Shown here: piece after piece, positions 23,872-36,353 of the stretch
Layout of the letters: each line of letters opens with the position of its first letter
How positions within the stretch are numbered: position 1 is the first letter of the stretch
Source of the DNA: Alloascoidea hylecoeti
Lineage: Eukaryota
NCBI GenBank assembly: GCA_001600815.1
Contig: BCKZ01000027.1
Coordinates: forward strand, 168,000-231,999
Direction: 5' to 3'
Length of the DNA stretch: 64,000 bases
Notes under the pieces: model-generated
Told to the model about the DNA's origin: nothing
The model's input: the letters and a program-made list of their open reading frames with translations, nothing else
The model's database searches: none
Program-made: the position numbers and the translations under genes

Positions 23872-24972
23872 TTAACAGGAAGCACCAGAACCACTTGGGA
23901 TACCAGTACATTTAGAGGAAGTTTTACCACCGGTAACACTAACACCAGACCATGTCCAATCAGATGCACCTTTGACCAAAATATAAACATTGGTAGCTGA
24001 GCTATCTACGGTTCCCTTAATATTCTTCAATGTCAAATCGGTAATTGGGACACCTGATGTTGGTGTACCAGTTGGTGATCCATTTTCGTAATCACCTTCA
24101 ATAACAACACCATATTTAGCAATTTTAGATAATGTGATACCACTATAAGTTACACCAGAAACAGAACCCGTTGCTCCATAGACAGTCTTAATTCTTACAC
24201 CATTATCCGAATTTGTTACTGTTGAATCACTGATGGTTACTCCTTTCACAACGTTGTTAGATCTTCCACCAACTGAACCAATTGAAAGACCATGGCCACC
24301 TGAGCAATAACCCTTGGTGAAAATAATATTAGTACCGGAATTAATAGCTAAACAATCGTCTTGATTATAAACTTTGGCCCCTGTAATTGTAATTGAGTCA
24401 GAAGAACCAATATCAAAAGCATCGGTATTATGACCACCATTAGTAACATCACCAGCAGTATTATCAATAGTGACACTACTAACAGTCAAAGATTTAGAAG
24501 TATTAATTGAGAAACCTTGAACAGGAGTATTTTTAATATTCAGACCAGAAATTGTTGAACTGTACATCTTATGAGCATAGAAGAACTTTGGCTTTGTCTT
24601 ACCACCATTGGAGCCTTTACCATCCCACCATTTGGCACCATTACCATTAATAACATGACCGGAAGCACCTGTAACTGTAATATCTGTACCGGACACAGAA
24701 ATTAAAGGACCTTCCCACTCTTTGTAACCAAAAGTAGTGGTTCCTTCAAATGTAACTGTCGTACCTGATTTTAAACCAGTAAGATCCAAAGTCTCACCAG
24801 CTGGAACAGTTAATCCAGAAACGATAATTTCTGTACAAGAGCTTTTAACAGTTGACAAGTTGCTGATAGAAGTTCCGCTAATAGTACAAGAGCTTCTTTT
24901 TTCTAGGTCACTTGGTGCAGCTTCTGCTGCGAGCAAGAAGCAAAAAGCGGTGGCTAATGAAGATAATTTCAT
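23872..24972 (-). CDS. PGU1: Secreted endopolygalacturonase (GH28)
   Basis: Signal peptide, KR propeptide site, motifs NTD, QDD, GHG, RIK. Confidence 0.95.
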   Translation of the reverse strand: MKLSSLATAFCFLLAAEAAPSDLEKRSSCTISGTSISNLSTVKSSCTEIIVSGLTVPAGETLDLTGLKSGTTVTFEGTTTFGYKEWEGPLISVSGTDITVTGASGHVINGNGAKWWDGKGSNGGKTKPKFFYAHKMYSSTISGLNIKNTPVQGFSINTSKSLTVSSVTIDNTAGDVTNGGHNTDAFDIGSSDSITITGAKVYNQDDCLAINSGTNIIFTKGYCSGGHGLSIGSVGGRSNNVVKGVTISDSTVTNSDNGVRIKTVYGATGSVSGVTYSGITLSKIAKYGVVIEGDYENGSPTGTPTSGVPITDLTLKNIKGTVDSSATNVYILVKGASDWTWSGVSVTGGKTSSKCTGIPSGSGASC

Positions 24973-27574
24973 TGAGAGTAAATTTAAATATGATTATTTA
25001 GGAAGTGAATAAGTGATTGTAACAATTAATACTGTGATTAATAAATATTGAGAATATATGGGAATTTATACACCTTTTATATTTTTAAATGCTACAGAAT
25101 ACTTTCAATATTGCAATAATGTATCATCAGATATCTACTTCGAAGGCTAAATAATACTCCAACAGATTAGAACGGTTAATTTGTAAAATTGAAGGCGTGA
25201 AAGATAAATAAATATAACAGCATATATATTTTATCATGATCTATACGATACAAATTAAGGGCACTAATCGAGACTACGAATCAAGGTATAAGCTTATGCA
25301 TATAATAATATTTAGAAAGGTTTGGGCTTATTTGCAGCTGCTCCTTTGTTTTATAAACGCTTGTTTCTGCAGTAAGTAATACAATTACATACGAAATCTT
25401 GGTAAAGCTTGTTTAAAAGCTTATTTACAAGGAACATGAAACTTGTTCTATGAAAATAAAAGTAACAATATTCAACGGCTTACCTTTTCTAATACGAATA
25501 TAGCTATATGTATTAGATATTAATTATAAGGCTATCTTTAAAATTTACCGCAATTTAATGCGTTGCTTGCCGTTGCTGAATCATACTTACTTATCATCAC
25601 AGTTTCAAATTTAAATGTTATGTATTCTCTGAAAATATAATTATTCTTCAGATTGTCTTAAAACGAGATGTGGAGTTATAAATAAATTAAGTATATAGCC
25701 ATCTAATAATAATAGTATTAATGTGTATACACTTATATTATACGTATATAAGTATCAGTCTAACTTAACTCCCTATTCTCCGATAATAATTAAAACTGGG
25801 CTAACATATGCATACGAACATACGACCGTATGGTAATACATATAGCCCTACGGTTATTTACCAAACCGAACATTTTAGTTGTTTTAAGTAACGATTTCTT
25901 ACACAAAAGAGTAACTTGACTTAGCTATTATAGTATATAAAGTGAAAATAAATGATAATCATTAAATGAAGAGAGTTTATAAATATAATAGAAATTTGAA
26001 CGAGTATGAATTCTAAAATACAATTAAAGAGAAGAATTATTTATATGACCATGACTAAATTTAATATTCTATTGGTATATATATCATTTCCGCGGCTAAA
26101 TGATTGATAAAATATAGCGACTGTTATTAATAACTTATTGTGTAACAAGCATGGAACTTATAGACAATCCCCCAATTGCAAAACTAAGAAATGATTTATT
26201 AAAAAGCCAAAACACAATTAAATTTACTCGAATGATCAAAATATACCGTTATATAATCTGCAATCGATCACTGACTATTAAATATTTTAGCAACTTTACA
26301 CACAATCGTATAATATGCGCGACTACTATATCATATGTGTAACTTATCCTTTTACATTATGACCCTTGACTACTGAGCCCCTGTGTTTCCAATCTTCATT
26401 TCAGTGTGTGTCCATTTAGACCTTTTTGATCTTTCCTATTCAAGCTCTAATATATATAAGACTTATTTTCATCTTTCTGAGAGTGTTGTAGCAAAAAACC
26501 TTATTGAATGATATCATAGTTATAGAAGTAAATCTAAATTATACAAAGCTTACTTTGAAATCCTGAAATTCCAATTGCAATAGATATACCTATAGGCTAT
26601 ATAGTTGTAAAATTCAATAACACTATAACCTTATAAGATAATAGCGCTATATTATAATTAAGATCGGGATTATAATATTGATAAATCAGAAGAAATAATG
26701 CTTCGGGTTCCAAAGTTTCCCTGAATTACCAGTTACTTATTACCCTATTTCCAATCACTTACAAACTTATCCTTTTAACAGAAATCTATATGAAACAACC
26801 TATGCAGTGGTTACAACTAAAACTCTCGCTCTTCTATGACTATAAGTAAGAGTGGTTAAAATTAGAATATATCCATCTGGAGAGAAAAATTGTTTTCTTA
26901 CTAGTCGATCTCTTTTTCAAATGATGAATGATTCAAATACAACAAAGATCATATTAATTGATTTAACTTCAAAGACAATATGATAGTGTTTGACATTGTG
27001 TCTTCTAAATCAGTTTTTGAGATAAAAATGTATGAATTTATCACCGTTTATATCACTACTGGTAAGGTTTTAGGAAAACTCAGTTACTCATATTCATTGG
27101 TGTTACATGCGATTAAGTTTAGTTATTATAGACATGATATATCTAAAAATGATTTCTTTGATCTTTAATTATAATCCTCCTTTTGAAGTGATCAAAGTCT
27201 AGAAGGCTTTAGAGATATCATTCATCAAATCCATTTTGGAAGCCCAGAGTTGATAGGTGAAATATTTTAATCTCAAATAGCTTTGTTACGGAAGGTTTAA
27301 TAGTTCTGTGAATCGGAGATTTGAAAAGACTTCTTTAGAAAGAATCATGAATAATAAAATATGCAAGTGAGATTTAGATTAAAAGTTTTCATTGATATTA
27401 ACCAACTAATACGACCGACCGGCCCCAACTTAATGTTACGGTTTTCTTCGGGTCACTACTCTAAAAAATGCTAATATTATAACCAGCTATTAAATACTCT
27501 ACAAGGCCTTAAACTGTTCTCAAAACAGTATAATGCTCCATAAAATATATATATTCTATTAGTGTATATAAAAC

Positions 27575-27810
27575 GAAGTAATCAGTTAGCGTCCTTAACC
27601 CTATAAACAATTGCCACTATATGAAGCATGGAGTCAATCATATGATCAATGATATTCTGATTATGAATTTTCTAAATTGTATAAATGTAAAGAAAACCCT
27701 ATTATTTGAGTCTCAAACTGTTGGAAGGCTCATAATTGCAATTCCTGTCTTGTGATCAAACTTTTTGAGGAGATTCCACATGTGCTCAATTGGATTCAGA
27801 ATAACTATCG
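27575..27810 (-). mobile_element. Tc1/mariner transposase C-terminal relic
   Basis: Minus strand encodes LNPIEHMWNLLKK and IDSMLHIVAIVYRVKDAN; alignable with 60335-60500. Confidence 0.65.
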
Positions 27811-27879
27811 GCAATTATTAATAGAGAAGAATGTATTATCAATAATGTGTGGAAAGGAAAAGAAGCCATGTTATACTCT

Positions 27880-27960
27880 GGCCGGGTAACTATGCTTACA
27901 TAATGATTATCACTAAACATTTTTTTTGAATCTTTAATTATAAATTTTTATCTCATCGTT
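27880..27960. promoter_or_regulatory. Reb1-like (CCGGGTAA), RRPE-like and PAC-like (CTCATCG) motifs upstream of RPC40
   Basis: gccgggtaac at 27881; aaatttttatctcatcg at ~27942-27958. Confidence 0.45.
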
Positions 27961-28030
27961 TTTCACCTTACCTTATTTTCTTGTAAATTTCAAGAAACAC
28001 ACAGAAATAAATAAGTAAATATCAGAAATC

Positions 28031-29195
28031 ATGGAGAGAAATCTTGTAGGGATAGAACACGATAGGGTTACGAATGTATGTTTTTGTGAAAATTTTCATA
28101 TACACCCTTATGAAATATGAAATATGAAATATTGTGAATTTTTACTAATAAATGTTTAAATAGGTTGCTAGTACAGATTTCCCAGGCTATTATCCAGGGG
28201 AAGATCATTCTTGGGATCTGAATAAATTCAAAAAGGTATTGTATATACTTTATTTTTAAATTTTTGACTTTTTTTTTTATATATACTAACAATTATTTAA
28301 AAAGACATTTGATATTAAAATTCATAAATATGATGAAGAAGAACATTCATTAAATTTCGATCTTATTGGAATTGATACATCAATAGCAAATGCATTCCGA
28401 CGAATAATGATTGCTGAAATTCCTTCTTTAGCAATTGAAAATGTTTATGTTTTTAATAATACATCAGTAATTCAAGATGAAGTCTTAGCACATAGATTAG
28501 GACTTATTCCATTAAATTTTAATCCTGATGATTTTATTTGGGTTGATCCAAGTGCTGGAGAAGAGGGATTTGATGATAAAAATACAGTTGTTTTATCACT
28601 TAATATTATTTGTAAAAGAAATCCAAATCCAAAAAATGAAGATGATGAATTTATTAATTCAAATGTTTACGCAAAAGATTTAGTTTTTGAACCACAAGGA
28701 TCACAAATTGAAAAATATAAATATAAAAATGGTGAAAATATTACAACTAATCCTAATATTTTAATAGCAAAATTACGACCTGGACAAGAAATATCTTTAA
28801 AAATGCATTGTCGTTTAGGTCTTGGATCTGATCATGCTAAATTTTCACCTGTTGCTACTGCATCATATCGTTTATTACCTGCTATAAAACTTTTAGAACC
28901 AATTATTGGATCAGAAGCAGAAGAATTGAAGAAATGTTTCCCATCTGGAGTTATTGAAATTGATGAATCTGGAAAAGCATATGTTGCTGATCCACGTAAA
29001 GATACAGTTTCAAGAGAAGTTTTAAGACATGAAAATTTAGCTAATAAGGTAAAATTGGGTAGAAGAAGAGATCATTTTATCTTTAATGTTGAGAGTACTG
29101 GAGCAATGACACCACAAGAGATATTTTTTAAATCTGTTAGAATTTTAAAGAATAAGACTTTATATTTAAAGAAGTGTCCAATTAAAAGATTATAA
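28031..29195 (+). CDS. RPC40: RNA polymerase I/III subunit AC40, 3 exons (28031-28075, 28164-28235, 28305-29195)
   Basis: MERNLVGIEHDRVTN / VASTDFPGYY / ...IANAFRRIMIAEIPSLAIE...DHAKFSPVATASYRLLP; GT-AG introns with TACTAAY branch sites. Confidence 0.95.
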
Positions 29196-29421
29196 AATTT
29201 TTTCTTTTATAGATGAAATATAAATATTAATAATAATATAATTTATATTTGTGTAATGATTAACAAACGGTGTTTAAAATTGATTGATTGAATGGGTTTG
29301 AAAAATAAGCTTTGTGGTTAGGTAAGAGCCATATAAAAATTCCACCATTTTCTTTTTAGATTTATTTCACGTTTTATTGAATTTAAAATATCTGAAAAAT
29401 TGGAGATCAAAAGTCAAAAAA

Positions 29422-30961
29422 ATGTTAAGAACAACCTCCATTTCAAAAAGTGGTAAGTATTTTCATAACGATATACAATGTACGATAAGATACGAATTGT
29501 ATAATATTAACAACTACATGTATTCTTATTTATTTAGCTCTTTCGTTGAGTCCAGCATCTAGAGCTGGTTCTTTAGTTTTGAACAGATCAATATTTACTA
29601 AATCTATACTAAACAATTTTAATGTATTATATCCAACTATCAATTATAATCATCAATATAAGTTTATTCAAAATCAAATGTTTCCTCATAGTCAATATCG
29701 ATATTTTTCATCACCAAACTCAACGGAGACACCGCAAACACAAACACAAACCCAAAAACAAATATCTACTGACAAACAAACAATCGAAGGATCAAATGGA
29801 TCTGGAAAAGACAATAAAGATACCAAATCAAAAGATCTTGTAAAACCAACGCTTTGGGTGAAAATTAAACATGAAGCAAATCATTATTGGGCCGGTACAA
29901 AACTTTTAGGACTTGAAATTAAAATTTCTTCAAAACTTTTACTTAAATCAACAGCAGGTTATGAATTATCAAGACGTGAATCAAGACAATTAGAAAGAAC
30001 AATTACAGATATAATTCGATTAGTTCCATTCTCAGTTTTTGTTTTGGTTCCGTTTGCTGAATTATTATTACCAATTGCTTTAAAAATTTTCCCTGGTTTA
30101 TTACCATCAACATTTGAAAGTTCGAAAAGTAAAGAACAAAATCGTAAAAAATTAAGAAATACAAGAAAAACAGTAAGTGATGTTTTAAGGAAAACTATTC
30201 AGGAAACTGGTATGAGTTTACCATCTGCAATAACAGCAAATGAAAAGGAAGATTTTCAAGAATTTTTTAAACAAGTTAGACAAAGTGGTGTATCACCTTC
30301 AAGAGATTTGGTTTTAAGAGTAGCAAGATTATTTAAAGATGATGTTGTTTTAGATAATTTATCAAGACCTCAATTGGTTGCAATGGCAAAATATATTAAT
30401 ATTAAACCATTTGGAACTGATTTATTGCTTCGATATTTAATTAGAAATAGATTGCTACAAATTAGGAAAGATGATAGAGCTATTGATTATGAAGGAGTGA
30501 AATCATTATCTACAATTGAATTACAACATGCCTGTGCTTCAAGAAGTATCAAACCTCACAGTTCTTCTCCTGCTGGATTAAGAGAAGATTTACAACTATG
30601 GTTAGATTTGAGACTGCGTGAAAAGGTACCTTCTACGTTGCTTGTATTAAGTAGTGCTTATACTTATGGTGAGGTTGATATTGAATCATTATATGGTGCT
30701 TTGGAAGCCGTTTTAAGTGCATTGCCTGAAGAATTATACCATGAAGCAGAATTGAGCGTTGTTGATCAAGAAGCTACTAATGAACAGAGGATAAATTTAA
30801 TTAGGGAACAAGAAGAATTGATCAAAGATGAAATTGAACAAGAAAAAGAGAGTGGAAGTGTTCTTGGAGTTAAAGATGATAAAAGTATAGATCAAGATGA
30901 AGAAAATATCCAGAATGAAGAAAGTAAGAATAAAGCAACAACAAATAATCCAAAGTTCTAG
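29422..30961 (+). CDS. MDM38: LETM1-family mitochondrial inner membrane protein (intron 29453-29537)
   Basis: HYWAGTKLLG...RLVPFSVFVLVPFAELLLPIALKIFPGLLPSTF; GTAAGT...TAG intron restores an ATG start in frame. Confidence 0.9.
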
Positions 30962-31184
30962 ATTTTAGTTTCGTTTGAAAAATTATATAGATTTAAAAAG
31001 TTAAGATAAATATTGAAAGTAGATCAGCTATAAACATAAAAATCCAATATATACTATTATACAAATGGATAAGTTAAACAATCACATATAAATAGTTATA
31101 AAGCATCCAAAGGAGATAGTAATGATATATACAAAGGAGATTAACATATCTCATAGATAAAAAATATATTCTTTTTTATTTTAC

Positions 31185-32105
31185 TTAAAAATCACCAAAT
31201 CCTCCATTACCACCATCATAACCACCTCTGTTTCCACCTCTGTTTCCACCTCTGTTTCCATTGTAACCACCTCTATTGCCACCATCATAACCTCTGTTTC
31301 CACCTCTGTTTCCACCATTGAAACCACCTCTGTTATTGAATCCTTCTGGTCTTGGTTGTCTTGGAGAAGCAAATCTAACGGCCAATGGTCTACCACCTAA
31401 TTCATGACCATTTAAAGCATCAAGAGCATTTTGAGCATCTTCTACTGAACTGAAATGAACAAAAGAAAAGTTTTTTGGATTACCAGTTTCACGATCAATA
31501 GGGGTATGTATATTTTCAACAACACCAAATTCTTCAAATAATTCATTTAATTGATCTTTTGAAACATCAAATGGAACATTACCAACATAAACACTTGTTG
31601 AAGGAGGATTTGGGGTTCTTGGTTTTTTTGGAGTTGCAACGTCTAATCTAACTGGTCTACCAGCAATATATTTATCTTCTTGTTGTGAATTAACTATATT
31701 TTTTGCAGTATCAGCTTCTGCAAAATCAATATAACCAAACCCTTTTGAATAACCATCTGGACCAGTAATAATTCTTACAGCAACAACATCATCAAATTCA
31801 GAAAATTCATCCTTAAGATCTTGTTCTGTTGTTTCATATGATAAATTACCAATATAAAGACTTGATTGAGGAGTTGTAGTATTAGTAGATGGTGTTTCAA
31901 ATTCATTAAATCTAATACTTGAAGTTTGGATAGATCTGAAGATTAATTGAGAAGAAGGGTTAATTGATTTAACAGCGATGGAAGATTTTGGGAATCTTGT
32001 TAATAGAGAAGATCCCGTACGGACATAAGACCTGACGAAGGATGCATATTGTCTGTTATTTCTAGTGAAAAGTTTAGGAATAGATTTTTGGAGAAATGCT
32101 GACAT
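31185..32105 (-). CDS. Two-RRM, RGG-tailed RNA-binding protein with predicted mitochondrial presequence
   Basis: RNP2/RNP1 motifs LYIGNL/KGFGYIDF and VYVGNV/KNFSFVHF; GGNRGG repeats; R/S-rich, acid-free N-terminus. Confidence 0.8.
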   Translation of the reverse strand: MSAFLQKSIPKLFTRNNRQYASFVRSYVRTGSSLLTRFPKSSIAVKSINPSSQLIFRSIQTSSIRFNEFETPSTNTTTPQSSLYIGNLSYETTEQDLKDEFSEFDDVVAVRIITGPDGYSKGFGYIDFAEADTAKNIVNSQQEDKYIAGRPVRLDVATPKKPRTPNPPSTSVYVGNVPFDVSKDQLNELFEEFGVVENIHTPIDRETGNPKNFSFVHFSSVEDAQNALDALNGHELGGRPLAVRFASPRQPRPEGFNNRGGFNGGNRGGNRGYDGGNRGGYNGNRGGNRGGNRGGYDGGNGGFGDF

Positions 32106-32310
32106 TTTTAAGAATTTATAAAGTGATCTTTTTAGAAGCTTGGAAAAGTTTTTCGGATGATGTTTTTTTTATAGTCTTTATGAGTATATTTCAGCACATG
32201 TGTGTATATATCTGGGAACGTATTATGACACACATATAACAATTTTATGGATAATTTTCAATATTCATTATAATCATAATATATACAATTTTTATAATAT
32301 ATAAATATAT

Positions 32311-33588
32311 TTAATTCCATTTTCTTGATTGTCCTCTAGCAAGTTCTAAAATCCTCCAACCTCTTGTTTCTTCAGAAGACATTTCTTCGGGAACTCTTGT
32401 TAAAACCATAGCATAAGTACTCATCATAACTTCATCTTCTCTTCCTGCTTTAACTTCCAAAGTTTTAGCATCTTTAAATAAATGTATTTCTTGAGCTCGA
32501 CATCCAATAACAAAAACTGGAGTATTTGGTTCTAATATTTTTGCAGTTATGATATCAACACCTCTAATATCAAGAATTCGACCAGCAGAAACTAAACCTC
32601 TTGTTATATAATCTTTTGCATTTGCAGACCATATATTAAAAGGAGCTTCAGATAACCAAGTTTGAAGTACTTTTCTATCACCTTTAATATAAGCATCTAA
32701 AATTTCAGGAACGATATAATCTCTTACTTCTTTTCTAAATTCTTCCATATTAAAAGTTGGATCAATTTCTTTAAAAGTTCTACTAACTCTTGCAGCTTCA
32801 GTTTCTTTAAAAAACCAATTAATTTTTTCACCAATAAATCTAATTGATGAAATTAAACCATTTTCACTTTCTTCAAATTTCATTTTTAAATCACCAATTT
32901 TTCTACCTGTTTCAGTAGTTGTTTTAAATGAATCCCATTTTTCTTTTATGCCTGGTTCTTTTGATTTTGCGGTTGCATGTACAACTATATTTGATCCAGC
33001 TTCTAAATCTTCTTGAACTGGTCTTGATCTAATACCAGATTTTAATTCATATTCTAATTTTTGTTTCATTAATTTTTCTCTTTTTAATCTTCTTTGTTCT
33101 TTTGTTAAAAATCCACCATAATTTGAAGAATCTCCATCATCAATAACTTCCTTAACATCTTTATATATTTTAGTTTCTCGAATTGGTTCAGTTGCTTTAT
33201 CAACAACATCAGCAGTTGCACTAACTACATGTCTTGTACCTCTACCAACTGGACTATCCCAAGCATTAATTGCAACATTACCAACAACATGACCAGTTTT
33301 TTTTAAAACTTCACCAGTTACTGTTGTTCCTTTTTTTGCAGTTTCATAAGCTTCTTTTGCTTTTTTATATGCATCTGATTCAACCATTTTATCAGTTGAA
33401 TCTTGTAATGCTTTAATATTTGATTGTAAATCTTCAGATTTTTTAATTTCAGATTTAAATGTATCAATAAATACTTTAAATGGTGTTTTTTGATTTGAAT
33501 TTTTAAAACATGTTGTATGAAATAGATTTTTTTGTAAATTATTATATCTTATTGAATTTTTAAGAATATTTGATGAAATTTTTAACAT
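32311..33588 (-). CDS. TIM44: Mitochondrial import motor subunit Tim44
   Basis: PFKVFIDTFKSE; YIVPEILDAYIKGD...WLSEAPFN; GRILDIRGVDI. Confidence 0.93.
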   Translation of the reverse strand: MLKISSNILKNSIRYNNLQKNLFHTTCFKNSNQKTPFKVFIDTFKSEIKKSEDLQSNIKALQDSTDKMVESDAYKKAKEAYETAKKGTTVTGEVLKKTGHVVGNVAINAWDSPVGRGTRHVVSATADVVDKATEPIRETKIYKDVKEVIDDGDSSNYGGFLTKEQRRLKREKLMKQKLEYELKSGIRSRPVQEDLEAGSNIVVHATAKSKEPGIKEKWDSFKTTTETGRKIGDLKMKFEESENGLISSIRFIGEKINWFFKETEAARVSRTFKEIDPTFNMEEFRKEVRDYIVPEILDAYIKGDRKVLQTWLSEAPFNIWSANAKDYITRGLVSAGRILDIRGVDIITAKILEPNTPVFVIGCRAQEIHLFKDAKTLEVKAGREDEVMMSTYAMVLTRVPEEMSSEETRGWRILELARGQSRKWN

Positions 33589-33797
33589 TTTTGATGATAA
33601 TTTTGATAATTCTGACTCAAAATGAATCTCCGCAAAAAAAATTATGTAAAAATGTATATATATGAAAAATTAATATCTTACCTACCGGAAGTTGCCTTGA
33701 ACAATTTACGGGGTTAAATTCAAAACAACTTTTCTCATTCTCACACTTTTTTTCTTTCTATTTGAATAAATTGATAAATGCTTATGAATTTAAACAA

Positions 33798-36251
33798 ATG
33801 TCAGGCGAAACCCCATCTATTAAAGATACTGATGGTTTGGTATGTCAATTATTTTTATTTATATTGTTTTTTTCTTTTCAAAAATTTAAATTTTTTGTAA
33901 ACTAATGCTTTTTTGTTTTTGTTTGTTTAAATTAAAGAATGACGTTGTAATAATTGATAAAAAGAAAACATTTCTTAAAAGAGAATTTGGTTCTTTAACA
34001 AGAAGGACTAGAAAAAAGGCTACTAAAAGGTATATATATTCTAAATTATGATATTTCTATTTTATTTTATACTAATGATTTTATAAATAGAGTACAAAGT
34101 TATGGACATTTAATCAAATCACCTGCTATATCTTTAGTTCCAACGAATAATTTTGGTATTAATGTACCAACTAATTCAATAAATAATTCATCAAATACTT
34201 CAATAAATAATTCATTTAATAGTGATGTTAGTACAACATCTACATTGAATTCAACTTCAACTTCAACTTCAACTTCAAATTTAAATTTAAATTTAAATTT
34301 AAATTCTAATACAAATTCAAATGCACAAAATATATCACAATTATATGATCCTAATAATCATTATTATATACATAAAATTATAATTGGACTACAAAGTTAT
34401 GAATCAACAAATTTAAAATCTAATTATTTATATTTAAAAGAATCAGAAGTTAATAAAGATGGAGATGAAAAAGAAATTGGAAATTTTGAAATTCTTTTAG
34501 TATTACAAGATGAATTACAAACAAATTTAATAATTCATAAAAAAGAAATTATCAAGATGTTTATATGTTTTGAAAAAAAAGAAATTTATTTAAATTTAAA
34601 TAAATATCATTATATAAATTCAACATCAACATCAACATCAACATCAACATTAAAGGAACAAGAAGAAGAAAAAGATGGAGAAGATGGAAGAGGTATTAAA
34701 TTTAAAAATTTAGATTTTATATTTGCAATTGATTCAAAAAAATTTATAAAATTAATTGATTTATTAAAATTTAAATGTGAAGAATTTTTTATGTTTAAAA
34801 AATTAGATGAAATTGAAATGAATAGAATAAAGCAAATTAATAATAGGATTAAATCAATTATAACATTTCCTGAAGATGAAAATCATAATAATGAGAATAA
34901 AAATGAAAAAGAGAATGGAAATGAAAATGGAAAAGAAAATGGAAAAATTAATAGTGAAAATGAAAGTGGAATTATTAGTGAAGATATTGAAAAAGATAGT
35001 GATATGGATTATGTTGATAGTAATGACAATAATGTTGAATTTAAATCAACAAGAAGAAAACGAATTAGACGCTCAAATTCAATCCAAGAATCAAACATTG
35101 ACACTGACAATCAAATTGAAAATGATATAAAAGAAGAAGAAGAAGAAGAAGGAGAAGAAAAAATTGATTTTGGACCAACTATAAGTTATAAATTTTATGA
35201 TAATAAATCATTAACTATAACCAAATATGATTTTGAAACTTTGAATAATGGGCAATATTTAAATGATTCAATTATTAATTTTTGTTTAAAATCAATATTA
35301 GATCTTTTTAATAATCCATCCAATATTAAATATTCCAATATTCCAAAAGAAACATATATTTTTAATACATTTTTTTTTGAAAAATTAATGCAAAATAATA
35401 AAAATAAAAATAAAAATAAAAATAAAAATAAAAATAAAACAACAAAAACAAATACAGATAATGACAATGATAATGACAATGGTGGTAATACTGTTAAAAG
35501 AGAAATTTATAAGAATGTTGTACGATGGACACAAAAGATTGATTTATTAAGTTTTAAATATGTGGTTATACCAATTCATGGGAATCAACATTGGTATTGT
35601 GCAATAATTTATAATTTACCAAATTTAAAATTAAAACATGAACAAGAGAAATTAAATTTAATTAATAATTTATCTATTACAGATGATAATGATAATGGAA
35701 ATGGAAATGGAAATGAAGAAGAGATCGAAGATCCAATAATCTTGATACTTGATTCATTAAATATTCAACACAATCATATAATTAAACCATTAAAAGAATT
35801 TATAACGGCAGAAGTTCTAAACAAATATGGATTTGAAATTAATTCTAAATTAATAAAAGGTAAAAATTGTCTAGTTCCAAAACAATCTAATATGTGGGAT
35901 TGTGGAGTTTATATGATTCACTTTATTGAGAATTTTTTACAGGTGCCGGAAAAGTGCGTCAAGTATTGGAAACTTCCAAGGAAAAAGCAACACGAAAACA
36001 AGGAGATCTACAAACTGTTTCGAGTCGGCGATGTTGACGACGACGGGAACGAAATACTGGCCGAAAAAAGGAGATTTTTGCGGGAGTGGGTGTTGGGGCT
36101 GAGAGACGACGAGCGAAGCACCAGGCTCGACATGGATAAGGAGGACGACGGGGACGACGGGGACGTAATTGTAGTAAATGGCCATGGTGGCTCGTTACTC
36201 GCCCGGGGCTCGTCACCCGCCCGGGGCTCGTTACCCGCCCGGGGCTGCTGA
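33798..36251 (+). CDS. ULP2: SUMO protease (peptidase C48), Ulp2-like, 3 exons (33798-33839, 33938-34029, 34091-36251)
   Basis: YLNDSIINF, FNTFFFEKL, catalytic HWY / ILDSL / QSNMWDCG; two GT-AG introns give an in-frame ATG start. Confidence 0.8.
36188..36245 (+). repeat. 3 x 18-bp GC-rich tandem repeat containing Reb1-like TTACCCG
   Basis: ggctcgttactcgcccgg ggctcgtcacccgcccgg ggctcgttacccgcccgg. Confidence 0.85.
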
Positions 36252-36353
36252 CATAATCCGCGTAGTTAGGGGGCCGCACGTGTTTATTAGAGAGCAATAA
36301 AATGGATATATATTTCAGTTTTTCGTGTTACCGCCAGCAGTTCCACAAGACAA

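Noticed and set aside
34245..35480. Hexanucleotide coding repeats (ST, NL, NK, ND)
   Set aside because: Ordinary slippage low-complexity seen in many genes of this window
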